Source: an uncultured Chloroflexia bacterium (lineage in GTDB: Bacteria > Chloroflexota > Limnocylindria > Limnocylindrales > CSP1-4). Taken from it: a stretch of 64,000 nt of DNA. The position numbers and the translations under genes were made by a program. Of this stretch, positions 52,683 to 64,000 are shown in pieces. The stretch spans positions 128,001-192,000 of the forward strand of contig CAVXPZ010000001.1 in the NCBI GenBank assembly GCA_963763775.1, in the 5' to 3' direction. The stretch's first letter is position 1; every line of letters begins with the position of its first letter. Under the pieces are notes generated by a model. The model had not been told where the DNA came from. It worked only from the letters and a program-made list of their open reading frames with translations, and searched no databases.

Positions 52683-53491
52683 CGGCCGTGGCCGCCGAGC
52701 GACCCGAGCGAGGGATCAGCCCGTGGCGTCGGACGGTCCGCTACTACCTGTCCCGGATCGTCGTCTCGATCCTGGTGCGAGCGTGGGTTCGCGTCCGACT
52801 GGATGGCCGTGACCGGCTGCCCCAGGGTCCGGCCATCTACTGTTTCAACCACCTGAGCTGGACCGACCCGTTCATGCTGATGGCCGTCCTGCCGCTCCGG
52901 CCCCGACTCTTCTTCTTCGGCCCGAAGGAGGAGGACATGGCGATCGGGGGCCGGAACCGGCTGATGATCTGGACCGGGACCGCCATCCCGTACAAGCCCG
53001 GCAAGAACGACCTGCTCGACGCCACGCGGCGCGTCGGGGCGGTGGTCCGCGACGGCGGGGTCGTGGCGATCGCCGGAGAGGGGAGGATCCACCCGAGGGA
53101 ATCCGAGTTGCTCCCGCTCAGCGAGGGGGCGGCGTACTTCGCCATCCGCTCCGGTATCCCGCTCGTGCCCATCGCGATCAATGGCACGAGCTGGCTGTCG
53201 TTCGGCGGCCACGTCCGTGTGCACGTCGGCGAGCCGCAGGTCCGACCGGGCCGGCCGACCCGGGCCGCCGTCGAGGCCCTCACCTCCGAGACCTGGATCG
53301 CGCTCCATGCGATGGTCGCCGACGCGCCTGAGATGCCGATCCCGGGACGGATCGGTCGATGGCTCACCGAGCGCTTCAACGACTGGCCGGAAGGCTCGCG
53401 CGACGCGGCGATGGCCGTGCCACCGGGGGGCGTGGTGGGCCCGACGGCGGACGAGGCCGCAGCAGCCGACGGGGCCGCCGCGGACGACTGA
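52679..53491 (+). CDS. Lysophospholipid acyltransferase (PlsC-like)
   Basis: NHLSWTD, AGEGR and IPLVP. Confidence 0.85.
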   Translation: MTAVAAERPERGISPWRRTVRYYLSRIVVSILVRAWVRVRLDGRDRLPQGPAIYCFNHLSWTDPFMLMAVLPLRPRLFFFGPKEEDMAIGGRNRLMIWTGTAIPYKPGKNDLLDATRRVGAVVRDGGVVAIAGEGRIHPRESELLPLSEGAAYFAIRSGIPLVPIAINGTSWLSFGGHVRVHVGEPQVRPGRPTRAAVEALTSETWIALHAMVADAPEMPIPGRIGRWLTERFNDWPEGSRDAAMAVPPGGVVGPTADEAAAADGAAADD

Positions 53492-53539
53492 CCGGCTCTG
53501 GCATACTTCCGGGCGTCGACACAGCGTGCAGGAGGGACC

Positions 53540-53905
53540 GTGGGAGCCACCGGGCTTTCGGCCGACCCCAAGGAGTATCGGAGCCGCCTCGGCGATCAGG
53601 AGGACGCCCAGATCGACGCCTGGAGCGCCGAGCTGATGCGGGACGTGGCGATCCGCCGCGGCGTGGTCAAGGTGGTCGAGGACTTCCGTCGCGCGGCGAA
53701 GCTCGACGAGGCCGGTTTCGAACGCGTGTTCGCTTCTGGTGGCGGCCCGCCCGCGGTCATCGGCCGCGACCGCGACGGCCACCTGATGGTGCCGGCGATC
53801 ACGCTCCACGCGCTCGTCCCGGGCATCCACGCCCAGGTCCCGGACGGCCGGGACCGGCTCATCGCCTACCTGGTGGCGAACTTCGGGGAGATCGTCTACG
53901 TCTGA
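53540..53905 (+). CDS. Hypothetical protein
   Basis: AGGAGGG RBS; coherent ORF. Confidence 0.7.
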   Translation: MGATGLSADPKEYRSRLGDQEDAQIDAWSAELMRDVAIRRGVVKVVEDFRRAAKLDEAGFERVFASGGGPPAVIGRDRDGHLMVPAITLHALVPGIHAQVPDGRDRLIAYLVANFGEIVYV

Positions 53906-54795
53906 GGCGACCGACGCCCCGGCGTCGGTCTCGCCCGCGCCCGCGCCCCGGCGGGGCGGACGTCTCTGGGCCAGGATCCGCCTGACCCACCCGTTCCCCT
54001 CGATCCTCGACGGCCTCGTCACCGGCTTCGTCGCGTTCATCGCGTCCCTGGACCCGCTGAGTGCCGTGCGCCTCGCCGTCTCGATGACGCTCCTCCAGGT
54101 GTCGATCGGGATCCTGAACGACGTCATCGACGCGCCGAGGGACGGCGACCGGGTGCCGCCGAAGCCCATCCCCGCCGGGCTGGTGTCGGCACGGACCGCC
54201 ATGGGCGGCGTCGTCGCGGCAGCCGTCGCTGGGACTGGCCCTGGCGGCCCCATCCGGCCTCCCGACGGTCGGGCTCGCGGTCGTCGTCCTGGCGATCGGC
54301 TATGGCTACGACCGGTTCGCCAAGGGCACGGCCTGGTCCTGGGTGCCGTTCGCCCTCGGGATCCCGCTCCTGCCGGTCTACGGCTGGCTCGGCGCGGCAG
54401 GAGAGCTCCCCTCGTTCTTCGCGCTGCTGGTCCCGGTCGCGATGCTGGCGGGCGCCGCCCTGGCGATCGCCAACGCCCTGGCCGACCTCGAGCGCGACAC
54501 CTCGAGCGGCACCGACTCCATCGCCCGCCGCCTGGGCCGCGAGCGGGCGTGGCGCGTCCACGCCTGGCTCCTGTGGGTGACGCTCATCCTGGCCTATGCC
54601 GCGCTCATCGGGCTCGGAGCGCACTCGTTGGCCATCGGCGGGGCCACGGTCGGCAGCGTGGTCGTCGCGTATGCGGCGAGCATGGGCCGTGAGGGCGGCC
54701 CGGAGCGTCGCAAACGGATGTGGGAACTGGAGGCGGTCGGCCTCGCGATCCTCGCCATCGCCTGGGTCGCCGGGATGGTGACCGCGCCCGCGTGA
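53898..54795 (+). CDS. UbiA-family prenyltransferase (frameshift near 54230; start codon unclear)
   Basis: LTHPFPS, NDVIDAPRD..KPIPAG, ANALADLERD and many TM helices. Confidence 0.8.
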
Positions 54796-54819
54796 ACCGC
54801 GGGCGCGGGCCGACCGGGT

Positions 54820-55881
54820 TCAGGCGGGCGGGTCGTCGCTCCGGACCATCGCGATCGCATTCTCGAGCTTGAGCTTCGCGATCGTCAGGTACTTCGCGAG
54901 GTTGGCTCGATCGACCGAGCCGATCCCATGGCGGACATCGGGGTCGCGCAGGACGTCGATGAGGTCCTCGACCGCGTCGCCCAGTTGCTGCTTGGCGTTG
55001 ACCAGGGAGTCGTCGGTGACCCGGACGGGGGACCGACTGCCTGCCCAGTCATCGGCTTCGGGGGTGCGCGCCTCGACCACCGCGACAGCGGGGGCCACCG
55101 TGGTCTCGACCTCGTCGACCTCGTCGACGTCGTCGATCGCCATGTCCGCTCGGTCGACGCCGGCCCCGCGGGTCGGCCGCGTCCGACGTCCCTCGATCTT
55201 GTCGCGCAACTTGACGAGGGTCAGCTCGCCCCTGGCCACCTGCTCCGCGAGCCGGCGACGCTTCTTCGGGTCCTCGACCTTCATCAGCTCGTAGGCGTGC
55301 GAGAGCGTGTCTTTGCGCAAGGACACGAGCTCGCGGACTTCGGCGGGGGCGTCGGCGAGGCGCAGCCGGTTCTCGAGATAGCCCTTGTCCTTGCCGAGCT
55401 TGTCGGCAAGCTTGCGGATGCTGTAGCCGTGCTCCCGGACCATCCGGTCGTACATCGCCGCTTCATCGAGCGGGGAGAGGTCCTCTCGCTGGAGGTTCTC
55501 GATGATCGCGATCTCCAGCGCCGTGTCGTCGTCGATGTCCTCGATGAGGGCGGGGATCGTCGTGAGACCGGCGATGGTCGACGCACGCCAGCGACGCTCG
55601 CCCGCGATCAACTGATACCGCAGGGCGTCGAGCGGTCGTACGAGGATGGGCTGGAGGACACCGTGCTCGCGGATCGACGCGGCCAATTCGTTGAGGCTGG
55701 ACTCGTCGAAGGCGAGGCGCGGCTGTTCCGGGTTCGCCTCGATGCGATCGATGGCGATGATGCGGACGCCGACCGAGCGGATCGGACCGTCCGACGACAG
55801 CAGGCTGACGATGGCAGGGGAGAGTTCGCGATCCTCGGACAGCCGACGGGCGGCTGCCGCGCGGAAGTCAGGCCGGGACAA
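54820..55881 (-). CDS. parB: ParB/Spo0J-family CTPase
   Basis: GVLQPILVR, LIAGERRWRA, IIENLQREDL and HTH; TTG start overlapping the parA end. Confidence 0.9.
   Translation of the reverse strand: MSRPDFRAAAARRLSEDRELSPAIVSLLSSDGPIRSVGVRIIAIDRIEANPEQPRLAFDESSLNELAASIREHGVLQPILVRPLDALRYQLIAGERRWRASTIAGLTTIPALIEDIDDDTALEIAIIENLQREDLSPLDEAAMYDRMVREHGYSIRKLADKLGKDKGYLENRLRLADAPAEVRELVSLRKDTLSHAYELMKVEDPKKRRRLAEQVARGELTLVKLRDKIEGRRTRPTRGAGVDRADMAIDDVDEVDEVETTVAPAVAVVEARTPEADDWAGSRSPVRVTDDSLVNAKQQLGDAVEDLIDVLRDPDVRHGIGSVDRANLAKYLTIAKLKLENAIAMVRSDDPPA
55306..55327. promoter_or_regulatory. Candidate parS-like palindrome, copy 1 (inside parB)
   Basis: CGTGTCTTTGCGCAAGGACACG. Confidence 0.65.
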
Positions 55882-56638
55882 GGTCCACCACCTCCCGGGC
55901 AAGCTCGCGGTACGTGCGGGCCGCCTCGCTGTTTCCGGCGTACGAGGTGATCGGCCGACCGACGAGCGGTGCCTCACCCAGTTTCACCGTGTTGCGAACG
56001 ATGCTGTTGAAGACGTGATGATCGCCGACCACACGCAGCTCATCGAGCATGTCGCGCGCAAGGTTGGTCCTGGCGTCGAAGAACGTCGGCAGCAGCCCGA
56101 GGATCCGCAGGTCTCGGTTCAACTTCACGCGGATGGCGTTGATGACCTTCACCAGATTGTTGAGGCCCTTCATCGCGTAGTACTGCGTCTGGACCGGGAT
56201 GATCACGCCGTTCGCGGCGACAAGCCCGTTGACGGTCAGCAGTCCCAGGTTGGGCGGGCAGTCGATGAGGATGTAGGCGTAGTCGTCGACGTGACCCTCG
56301 AGGGCCTCGCGCAGGATCTGCTCGCGGCCGAGCGCCGTGAAGAGTTCACCTTCGGTCGAGGCAAGGTCGATGTGCGCGGGCGCGACATCGATGCCGGCGA
56401 TCTCCGTCGGCAGGATGATGTCGGCGAGGGATGACCGGCCGTCCGCGAGGACGTCCGCCATCGAACGCTCGACGGTGTTCAGGTTGATCCCGAGGCCAGC
56501 CGTCAGGTTCGCCTGCGGATCCATGTCGATGCACAGGACGCGGTGACCTTCCTCGGCCAGGGCACCCGCGAGATTGATCGCGGTGGTCGTCTTGCCGACG
56601 CCGCCCTTCTGATTCGCGATCGCGATCACGTTCGTCAC
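55868..56638 (-). CDS. parA: ParA/Soj ATPase
   Basis: NQKGGVGKTT, IDMDPQAN and IDCPPNLG. Confidence 0.95.
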   Translation of the reverse strand: MTNVIAIANQKGGVGKTTTAINLAGALAEEGHRVLCIDMDPQANLTAGLGINLNTVERSMADVLADGRSSLADIILPTEIAGIDVAPAHIDLASTEGELFTALGREQILREALEGHVDDYAYILIDCPPNLGLLTVNGLVAANGVIIPVQTQYYAMKGLNNLVKVINAIRVKLNRDLRILGLLPTFFDARTNLARDMLDELRVVGDHHVFNSIVRNTVKLGEAPLVGRPITSYAGNSEAARTYRELAREVVDLVPA

Positions 56639-56742
56639 CGGGGCATCACCTCGAATCCGTGTCGATGGGCTCCCGCGGGCGGCGGGAAGGGGAGCGCGTC
56701 GCGACATGCTACACCCGCGCGTGCGCTCAGCGGATACCCCGG

Positions 56743-56785
56743 TTATCCACACCAACCGGGACTTGTTCACCGAATTTGTGGATAT
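56743..56785. promoter_or_regulatory. DnaA-box cluster
   Basis: Perfect TTATCCACA at 56743, TGTGGATAT at 56777 and degenerate TTGTTCACC at 56763. Confidence 0.65.
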
Positions 56786-56883
56786 CCCGCACCACGGATG
56801 CCGGGACGGCGATGTCACCTTCGGCCCGCCCGGACGTGCCGCGGAGCCCTTGGAGCGCCGTCGGCCGCGACTATGATGGTGGC

Positions 56884-56900
56884 TGTCCTTGCGCAAAGAC
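56884..56900. promoter_or_regulatory. Candidate parS-like palindrome, copy 2, at the predicted start of the carboxylase transcript
   Basis: TGTCCTTGCGCAAAGAC directly after a TATGAT -10 (56872-56877). Confidence 0.65.
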
Positions 56901-56921
56901 GCCCAGCCGGAGGACCGACGG

Positions 56922-58476
56922 TTGCCCACCAACGACGAGCGCATCGCTCGACTCGAGCGGATGCGCGAGGAATTGCGACAGGGCGGAGGCCCGGTCCGCA
57001 TCGAGCGTCAACACACCTGGGGAAAGCTCACCGCTCGCGAGCGACTCGACCTGTTGCTGGATCCCGACTCCTTCGTCGAAGTGGATGCATTCGTGACGCA
57101 TCGGTCGATGGGCTTCGGTCTCGGGGACCAGCACATCCTCGGTGACGGCGTGGTGACCGGGCACGGCACCATCGACGGTCGGCTGGTCTTCGTCTTCAGC
57201 CAGGACTTCACGGTCTTCGGCGGGTCGCTGTCGGAGGCGTACGCGGAGAAGATCTGCAAGGTCATGGATCTGGCGATGAAGGTCGGGGCGCCGATCATCG
57301 GCCTCAACGATTCCGGGGGCGCCCGGATCCAGGAAGGTGTCGCGTCGCTCGGCGGGTACGCCGACATCTTCCTGCGCAATGTGATGGCGTCCGGAGTCGT
57401 GCCGCAGATCTCGGTGATCATGGGGCCGTGCGCCGGTGGGGCGGTGTACTCGCCCGCGATGACCGACTTCACCGTGATGGTGGAGCGAACGAGCTACATG
57501 TTCGTCACCGGCCCCAACGTCGTCCGCACCGTGACCCATGAAGAGGTCGATTCCGAATTCCTCGGCGGCGCGCAGACGCACACGACCAGGAGCGGTGTCG
57601 CCCATCTGGCGGCGAGCGATGAGTCCGAGGCGCTCGATGCCGTGCGGCGAATCCTCGGCCACCTTCCGCAGAACAATCTCGCCGATGCACCTCGTGGCGC
57701 CGACGCGCGACGCGAAGGACCGGATGGATCCGGAGCTGGACTCCGTCGTGCCGGACGATCCGTCGCGTCCATACGACATGCACGACGTCCTGCGGCGCGT
57801 CGTCGACGATGGCGCATTCCTGGAGATCCAGCCCGGTTGGGCGTCGAACATCCTCATCGGTTTCGCGCGACTCGGCGGTCGAAGTGTCGGGATCGTCGCG
57901 CAGCAACCGGCCGTGCTGGCGGGCGCCCTCGACATCGATGCCTCCAACAAGGCGGCGCGATTCGTCCGCACCTGCGATTGCTTCAACGTCCCGATCGTCA
58001 CGTTCGTCGATGTGCCGGGGTTCCTGCCAGGTGTCGGCCAGGAACATGGCGGGATCATCAAGCACGGCGCGAAGTTGCTCTACGCGTATTGCGAGGCGAC
58101 GGTCCCGAAGGTGACCGTCATCACGCGCAAGGCGTATGGCGGCGCCTACGACGTCATGAGCAGCAAGCATGTCCGCGGCGACATGAACTTCGCGTGGCCG
58201 ACCGCGGAGATCGCCGTCATGGGCGCGGAGGGCGCCGTCAGCATCATCTTCAAGGATGCGATCGCGGCGGCCGACGACCCGGTCGCGGAGCGGCAGAGGC
58301 TCGTCGCGGAGTACGAAGAAGAGTTTGCCAACCCGTACATCGCCGCGTCCCGCGGATACGTCGATGAGGTGATCCGACCGTCGGAGACGAGGCCACGCCT
58401 CATCCGCTCCCTCGAGGTCCTGCAGGACAAGCGCGACACCAACCCCAGGAAGAAGCATGGCAACATCCCGCTCTGA
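56922..58476 (+). CDS. pccB: Acyl-CoA carboxylase carboxyltransferase (propionyl-CoA carboxylase beta; frameshift near 57690)
   Basis: [45 protein letters not shown] and KKHGNIPL; GGAGGA RBS before TTG. Confidence 0.9.
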
Positions 58477-58483
58477 TCGACCG

Positions 58484-58504
58484 GTGTCCTTGCGCAAAGA
58501 CACG
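58484..58504. promoter_or_regulatory. Candidate parS-like palindrome, copy 3
   Basis: GTGTCCTTGCGCAAAGACACG, the exact reverse complement of 55306-55326. Confidence 0.65.
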
Positions 58505-60092
58505 GACCCGCCGTTCCGCCGCGTCCTCGTCGCCAACCGGGGCGAGATCGCGGTCCGCATCATCCGGGCGTGCCATGAGTTGGGCATGGAGGCCGTGGCG
58601 GTCTACTCGGATGTCGACGCCGAAGCGATGCACGTCCGGCTAGCCGACGTCGCCGTCCGGATCGGTCCGGCGTCGCCGACGGAGAGCTACCTCGACGTCG
58701 ACGCGGTCATGGCGGCCGTCGATGCGACCGGGTCGGACGCCGTCCATCCCGGGTACGGGTTCCTGGCCGAGCGAGCCAGCTTCGCTCGCGCTGTCGAGGC
58801 GGCGGGCGTGACCTTCGTCGGCCCGCCGTCGGCGGCCATCGATGCGCTCGGGGACAAGCTCCACGCGCGGCGGACCGCTCGTTCCGTCGGCGTGGAAGCG
58901 GTGCCCGGGACCCTCGAGCCGGCGCCGGTCGACCAGCCGTCGCAGGTCGAGTCGATCATCGCGGCAGCCGAGGCGATCGGGTTCCCCCTCCTGGTCAAGG
59001 CCGCCGCGGGCGGCGGTGGCCGAGGGATGCGCCGCGTCGAGCGGGCGATCGACCTGCCGGCCGCCCTGGTCGCGGGATCCTCGGAGGCGGCGTCCGCGTT
59101 CGGCGACGGCTCGGTCTACCTCGAGCGCGAGGTCGTGCCGGCCCGCCACATCGAAGTCCAGCTCCTGGGTGACGCCTCCGGCCGGGTCGTGGCGATCGGG
59201 GAGCGGGACTGCTCGCTCCAGCGACGCCACCAGAAGCTCGTGGAGGAGGCGCCGGCGCCGGGGCTGACCACCGATGAGCGCCGTGCCCTGCACGACATGG
59301 CCGTCCGTGTGGCGACGGCGGCGGGCCTGCGGAACGCGGCGACGGCCGAGTTCCTCCGAGCCCCGGACGGAGCGTTCTACTTCCTCGAGGTGAACACGCG
59401 GCTGCAGGTCGAGCACGGGGTGACCGAGCTCGTCGCCGGACTCGATATCGTCCGGGAGCAGTTCTGGCTGGCGGCCGGCGCGTCCCTCTCGGTCGCGGCG
59501 ATCGCGGCATCGGAACGGGCCGCCCAGCCCGAGAGCCATGCGATCGAGGTCCGCCTGTCGGCCGAAGACCCGTCCCGCGACTTCGCGCCGACCCCGGGAC
59601 GGGTCCGCCGCTGGGTCATGCCATCGGGTCCGGGGATCCGCGTCGACACCGCGATCCAGGCAGGTGACCGAGTGCCGGCGGAGTACGACAACCTGATCGC
59701 GAAGGTCATGGTCCATGCCGGCGACCGCCCAGCGGCGATCGCCCGGTTGCGGCGCGCCCTCGACGAGACCGAGGTCAGCGGCATCCAGACGACCTTGCCG
59801 TTCCACCGGCACGTCGCGAGGCACGCAGGGTTCGCCGCGGGGGACCTCTCCACGGGTTGGGTGGGGGAGCACTGGGATGGTCCGGCCGAGGTCCGGGCGG
59901 CGGCTCGGACCGCCCAGCTCGCCGCTGGCCTTGACGCGCTTGGCCCGTCGGATCCATCACGGTTCGGCTCGGCCGGCCCGATCGGGCCGGCGCGGACCAC
60001 CCACACCGTCTCAGGCTGCGGACGAGGCCGGGTCCGACGGCGGCTGGCGCGGCGCGGCTCGGGCCGCGGCGACGGACCGGTGGCCAGGGTGA
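58484..60092 (+). CDS. Biotin carboxylase subunit
   Basis: VLVANRGEIA, HPGYGFLAE, GGGGRGMR, CSLQRRHQK and LEVNTRLQVEH; probable true end ..RWPG at 60092 via a frameshift. Confidence 0.88.
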
Positions 60093-60840
60093 CCCCGATC
60101 GACGAGCCCGCGATCGAAACCACGTCCGCCGAGCGCGTCGTCGACCCCCGCGCCGTTCGGGTCACGCTCGGGCCGGCGTTCGGCCACATCGACGCCCCGG
60201 CCATGGTGGTGGAGCCGCCGGCCACGCCGGTGGCTCCGACGGCTGCGGTCACGGGCGTGGGCATCCTCGGAGGGACCGTCGACGTCCCGCCTCGCGGCCC
60301 TGCCGAGTCGTCGACGCCACGCGGGTCCGGCCGGACCCAGGCGGGTCCCGTCCTCGTCGATGGTGAGCTTCTCGCGGTCTCACTGGTCCATCACGACGGC
60401 GCGCACGCGACCCTGCGGGTCGATCCCGGACTCGATGCCGGTCGTGGGGACCTTCCGATGGGCGAGCAGCGCGTCCTCATGGAGCCGGCCGAGGCCGAGG
60501 ACGGTCGAGGCGGCGTTCGGCGGGAGATCGTGGTCGACGGCTGGCGGATCGAGGTCGAGGTCGGATCCGAGCGCCGGGCCGCGCTTCGCGACCGGGCGCG
60601 ACGGGGCCGGGAGGAGACGGCCCGTGGCGGACCCACCGAGGTCCGTGCCATCATCCCGGGGCGCGTGGTGAGCGTGTCGGTGGCGGCGGGCGACCCCGTG
60701 GTGGCCAGCCAGCAGCTGCTCGTGGTGGAGGCGATGAAGATGCAGAACGAGCTGCGGGCGCCGCGCGACGGGACGATCTCGATGGTCGGCGTCTCGCCGG
60801 GGGCCACGATCGAGGTCGGCGACCTGCTCCTGGTCCTCGA

Positions 60841-60844
<4 letters not shown>
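60089..60844 (+). CDS. Biotin carboxyl carrier protein
   Basis: VEAMKMQNE; GTGA overlap at 60089. Confidence 0.85.
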
Positions 60845-62526
<1,682 letters not shown>

Positions 62527-62532
62527 CGATCG

Positions 62533-62958
62533 TTGCGGCGCAAGCGACTCCTGAGGCGCGACCCTGCAACGCCCGCGTCTTCGCTACGACCACTCGCCCT
62601 GCTCGGCTCGTCGCATCACGACGTCGCGAGCGTCCATCAGGCCCTTGCGCGGATGCGGGCGCGGGGCTGGCTGGCGCTCGGTACCGACGGGACCCATGTC
62701 GGCTGGATCCAGCGTCGGCCGCAACACGGGTTGATCGTGCTGCTTGCCCTCCTCAGCGCCTTCGGCGGCGGGTGGAATGCCCAGGACCCAGAACGGAACG
62801 CCGACGGGTATCTCAACATCGTGGTGCGACCCGATGGCGCCGGCTCGACCATCGAGGTTCGAGGTCTCCTCGAGGGGCACATGGACCGAGCGGTGCGGTC
62901 GATCCTCGTCGAGCTCGACGTCAGGATCCTGCGGACGTGGGATCCAACGGAGGATTAG
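62533..62958 (+). CDS. Hypothetical protein
   Basis: ORF inside the operon; start uncertain. Confidence 0.45.
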   Translation: MRRKRLLRRDPATPASSLRPLALLGSSHHDVASVHQALARMRARGWLALGTDGTHVGWIQRRPQHGLIVLLALLSAFGGGWNAQDPERNADGYLNIVVRPDGAGSTIEVRGLLEGHMDRAVRSILVELDVRILRTWDPTED

Positions 62959-63069
62959 CGCCCTGGTCTGGGTCGGGACGACGCTCGCCCGAGCGATCAG
63001 GTCATCACTGAAGAGCGTACCCTGCGACCTGAGAGCGATGGCACGGCGATGTGCCGCCGGAGAGGGACG

Positions 63070-63564
63070 ATGGAGGCAACGATGCCGAACGCGCGCCGCG
63101 CCGACGCCGTCCCCGCCCGGATCGGCAAGCTCGGCAAGGTCCACCACGTCGCGCTGATCGTCGCGTCGATCGAGACGTCGCTCGCCTTCTGGCGCGACGC
63201 GCTCGGCCTGGGACTCGAGACGGTCATGGACATCCCGCAGGATCGCGTGCGGATCGCGTTCCTCACGGTCGGGGAGTCCAAGGTCGAGCTGGTGGAGCCC
63301 ACGGACGACACCACGGGCGTGGCGCGGTTCCTCGCGAACAAGGGCGAGGGCTTCCATCACGTCTGCTTCGAGGTGCCCAACCTCGCCGAGACGCTGCTCC
63401 ACCTCGAGATCGAGGGCATGGAGCTCATCGACACGTCCCCGCGTCGGGGGGCAGAGGGCCCGGTGGCCTTCATCCACCCCCGGTCATGTCACGGCGTGCT
63501 CGTGGAGCTCATCGAGGCGCCGGGGGGCCCGGCGTGGGCGAGCCTCGGGTTCAAGCCCGGCTGA
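63070..63564 (+). CDS. mce: Methylmalonyl-CoA epimerase (VOC family)
   Basis: HHVALIV, VELVEP, GEGFHHVCFEV and FIHP...GVLVEL. Confidence 0.92.
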   Translation: MEATMPNARRADAVPARIGKLGKVHHVALIVASIETSLAFWRDALGLGLETVMDIPQDRVRIAFLTVGESKVELVEPTDDTTGVARFLANKGEGFHHVCFEVPNLAETLLHLEIEGMELIDTSPRRGAEGPVAFIHPRSCHGVLVELIEAPGGPAWASLGFKPG

Positions 63565-63607
63565 GCAGGGTCCGGCGCCTCGTCCCGGCCGCGAGAGCCG
63601 GGCCAGA

Positions 63608-63871
63608 TCAGTCGCGGCGCGGGCGTCCGCGCGGGTCGTCCTTGGGGATCTTGGGCTCGTGGCCCGGGCGCGGAGGGTTCGGCAGGGTGCCAGGGGCCAT
63701 GTCGGGCCGGCGCGCCTCGGGTCCGCGGGCGCGGGCCGCCTCGACGGCGAGCGTGAACTGCTTGGCCGTCGCCGCCGGCACGCTGCCCATCCACGCCGCC
63801 TCGATCTCGGCGACACGCACGGACTCGGCGGCGCGGCGCTCGCGCTCGGACTTGGAGTGCTTGGTCATCAT
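63608..63871 (-). CDS. Small hypothetical protein
   Basis: AAGGGA RBS; coherent 87-aa ORF. Confidence 0.55.
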   Translation of the reverse strand: MMTKHSKSERERRAAESVRVAEIEAAWMGSVPAATAKQFTLAVEAARARGPEARRPDMAPGTLPNPPRPGHEPKIPKDDPRGRPRRD

Positions 63872-64000
63872 CCATCCCTTCGGGCGTCGAGCGCGGACAG
63901 GGACTTGGCCCGTCCTCGGCGGCGCGACGACCGCCAGTCTACCCGCCCGGGCGGCGTCGGTCAGCGCAGCGACCAGGCGAACAGGACGTCGGCGGACCGG

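Noticed and set aside
55980-55996. Canonical parS (GTTTCAC..) inside parA
   Set aside because: Only a half-site, with no palindrome.

Overview
High-GC bacterial chromosomal segment. Gene content and many leaderless promoters suggest Chloroflexota or Actinomycetota, but this is inference only. Single-base frameshifts in many genes, including dnaG, look like long-read assembly errors rather than pseudogenes. In order, the window holds: an MFS transporter end and an aldo-keto reductase; an ApbE/diheme cytochrome b flavinylation operon with a two-component system and ferredoxin/FNR; a prenyltransferase-repeat/GGDEF fusion; a 10-27 kb sulfatase island (SulP, DUF2252, anSME, arylsulfatase, two DUF1269, DUF6325, SHOCT, CMD, a eukaryote-like PRMT, a MalT-like LuxR); dnaG-rpoD; a rhodanese and tRNA-Asn; modAB; a sugar-acid dehydratase; a Pro/Thr surface protein with a GGDEF-EAL partner; LemA/GIDE envelope genes; a lipid cluster; parAB; and an acyl-CoA carboxylase/methylmalonyl-CoA operon. 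The strongest unexplained signals are: (1) three identical copies of the near-palindrome GTCCTTGCGCAAAGAC around a ParB with altered specificity residues, a candidate new parS that also sits on the carboxylase promoter next to DnaA boxes; (2) a five-copy oriented operator, TTTCASCC-N5-GGSTGATG, at promoters across the sulfatase island; (3) a full-length PRMT1-like arginine methyltransferase; (4) the toroid-GGDEF fusion.
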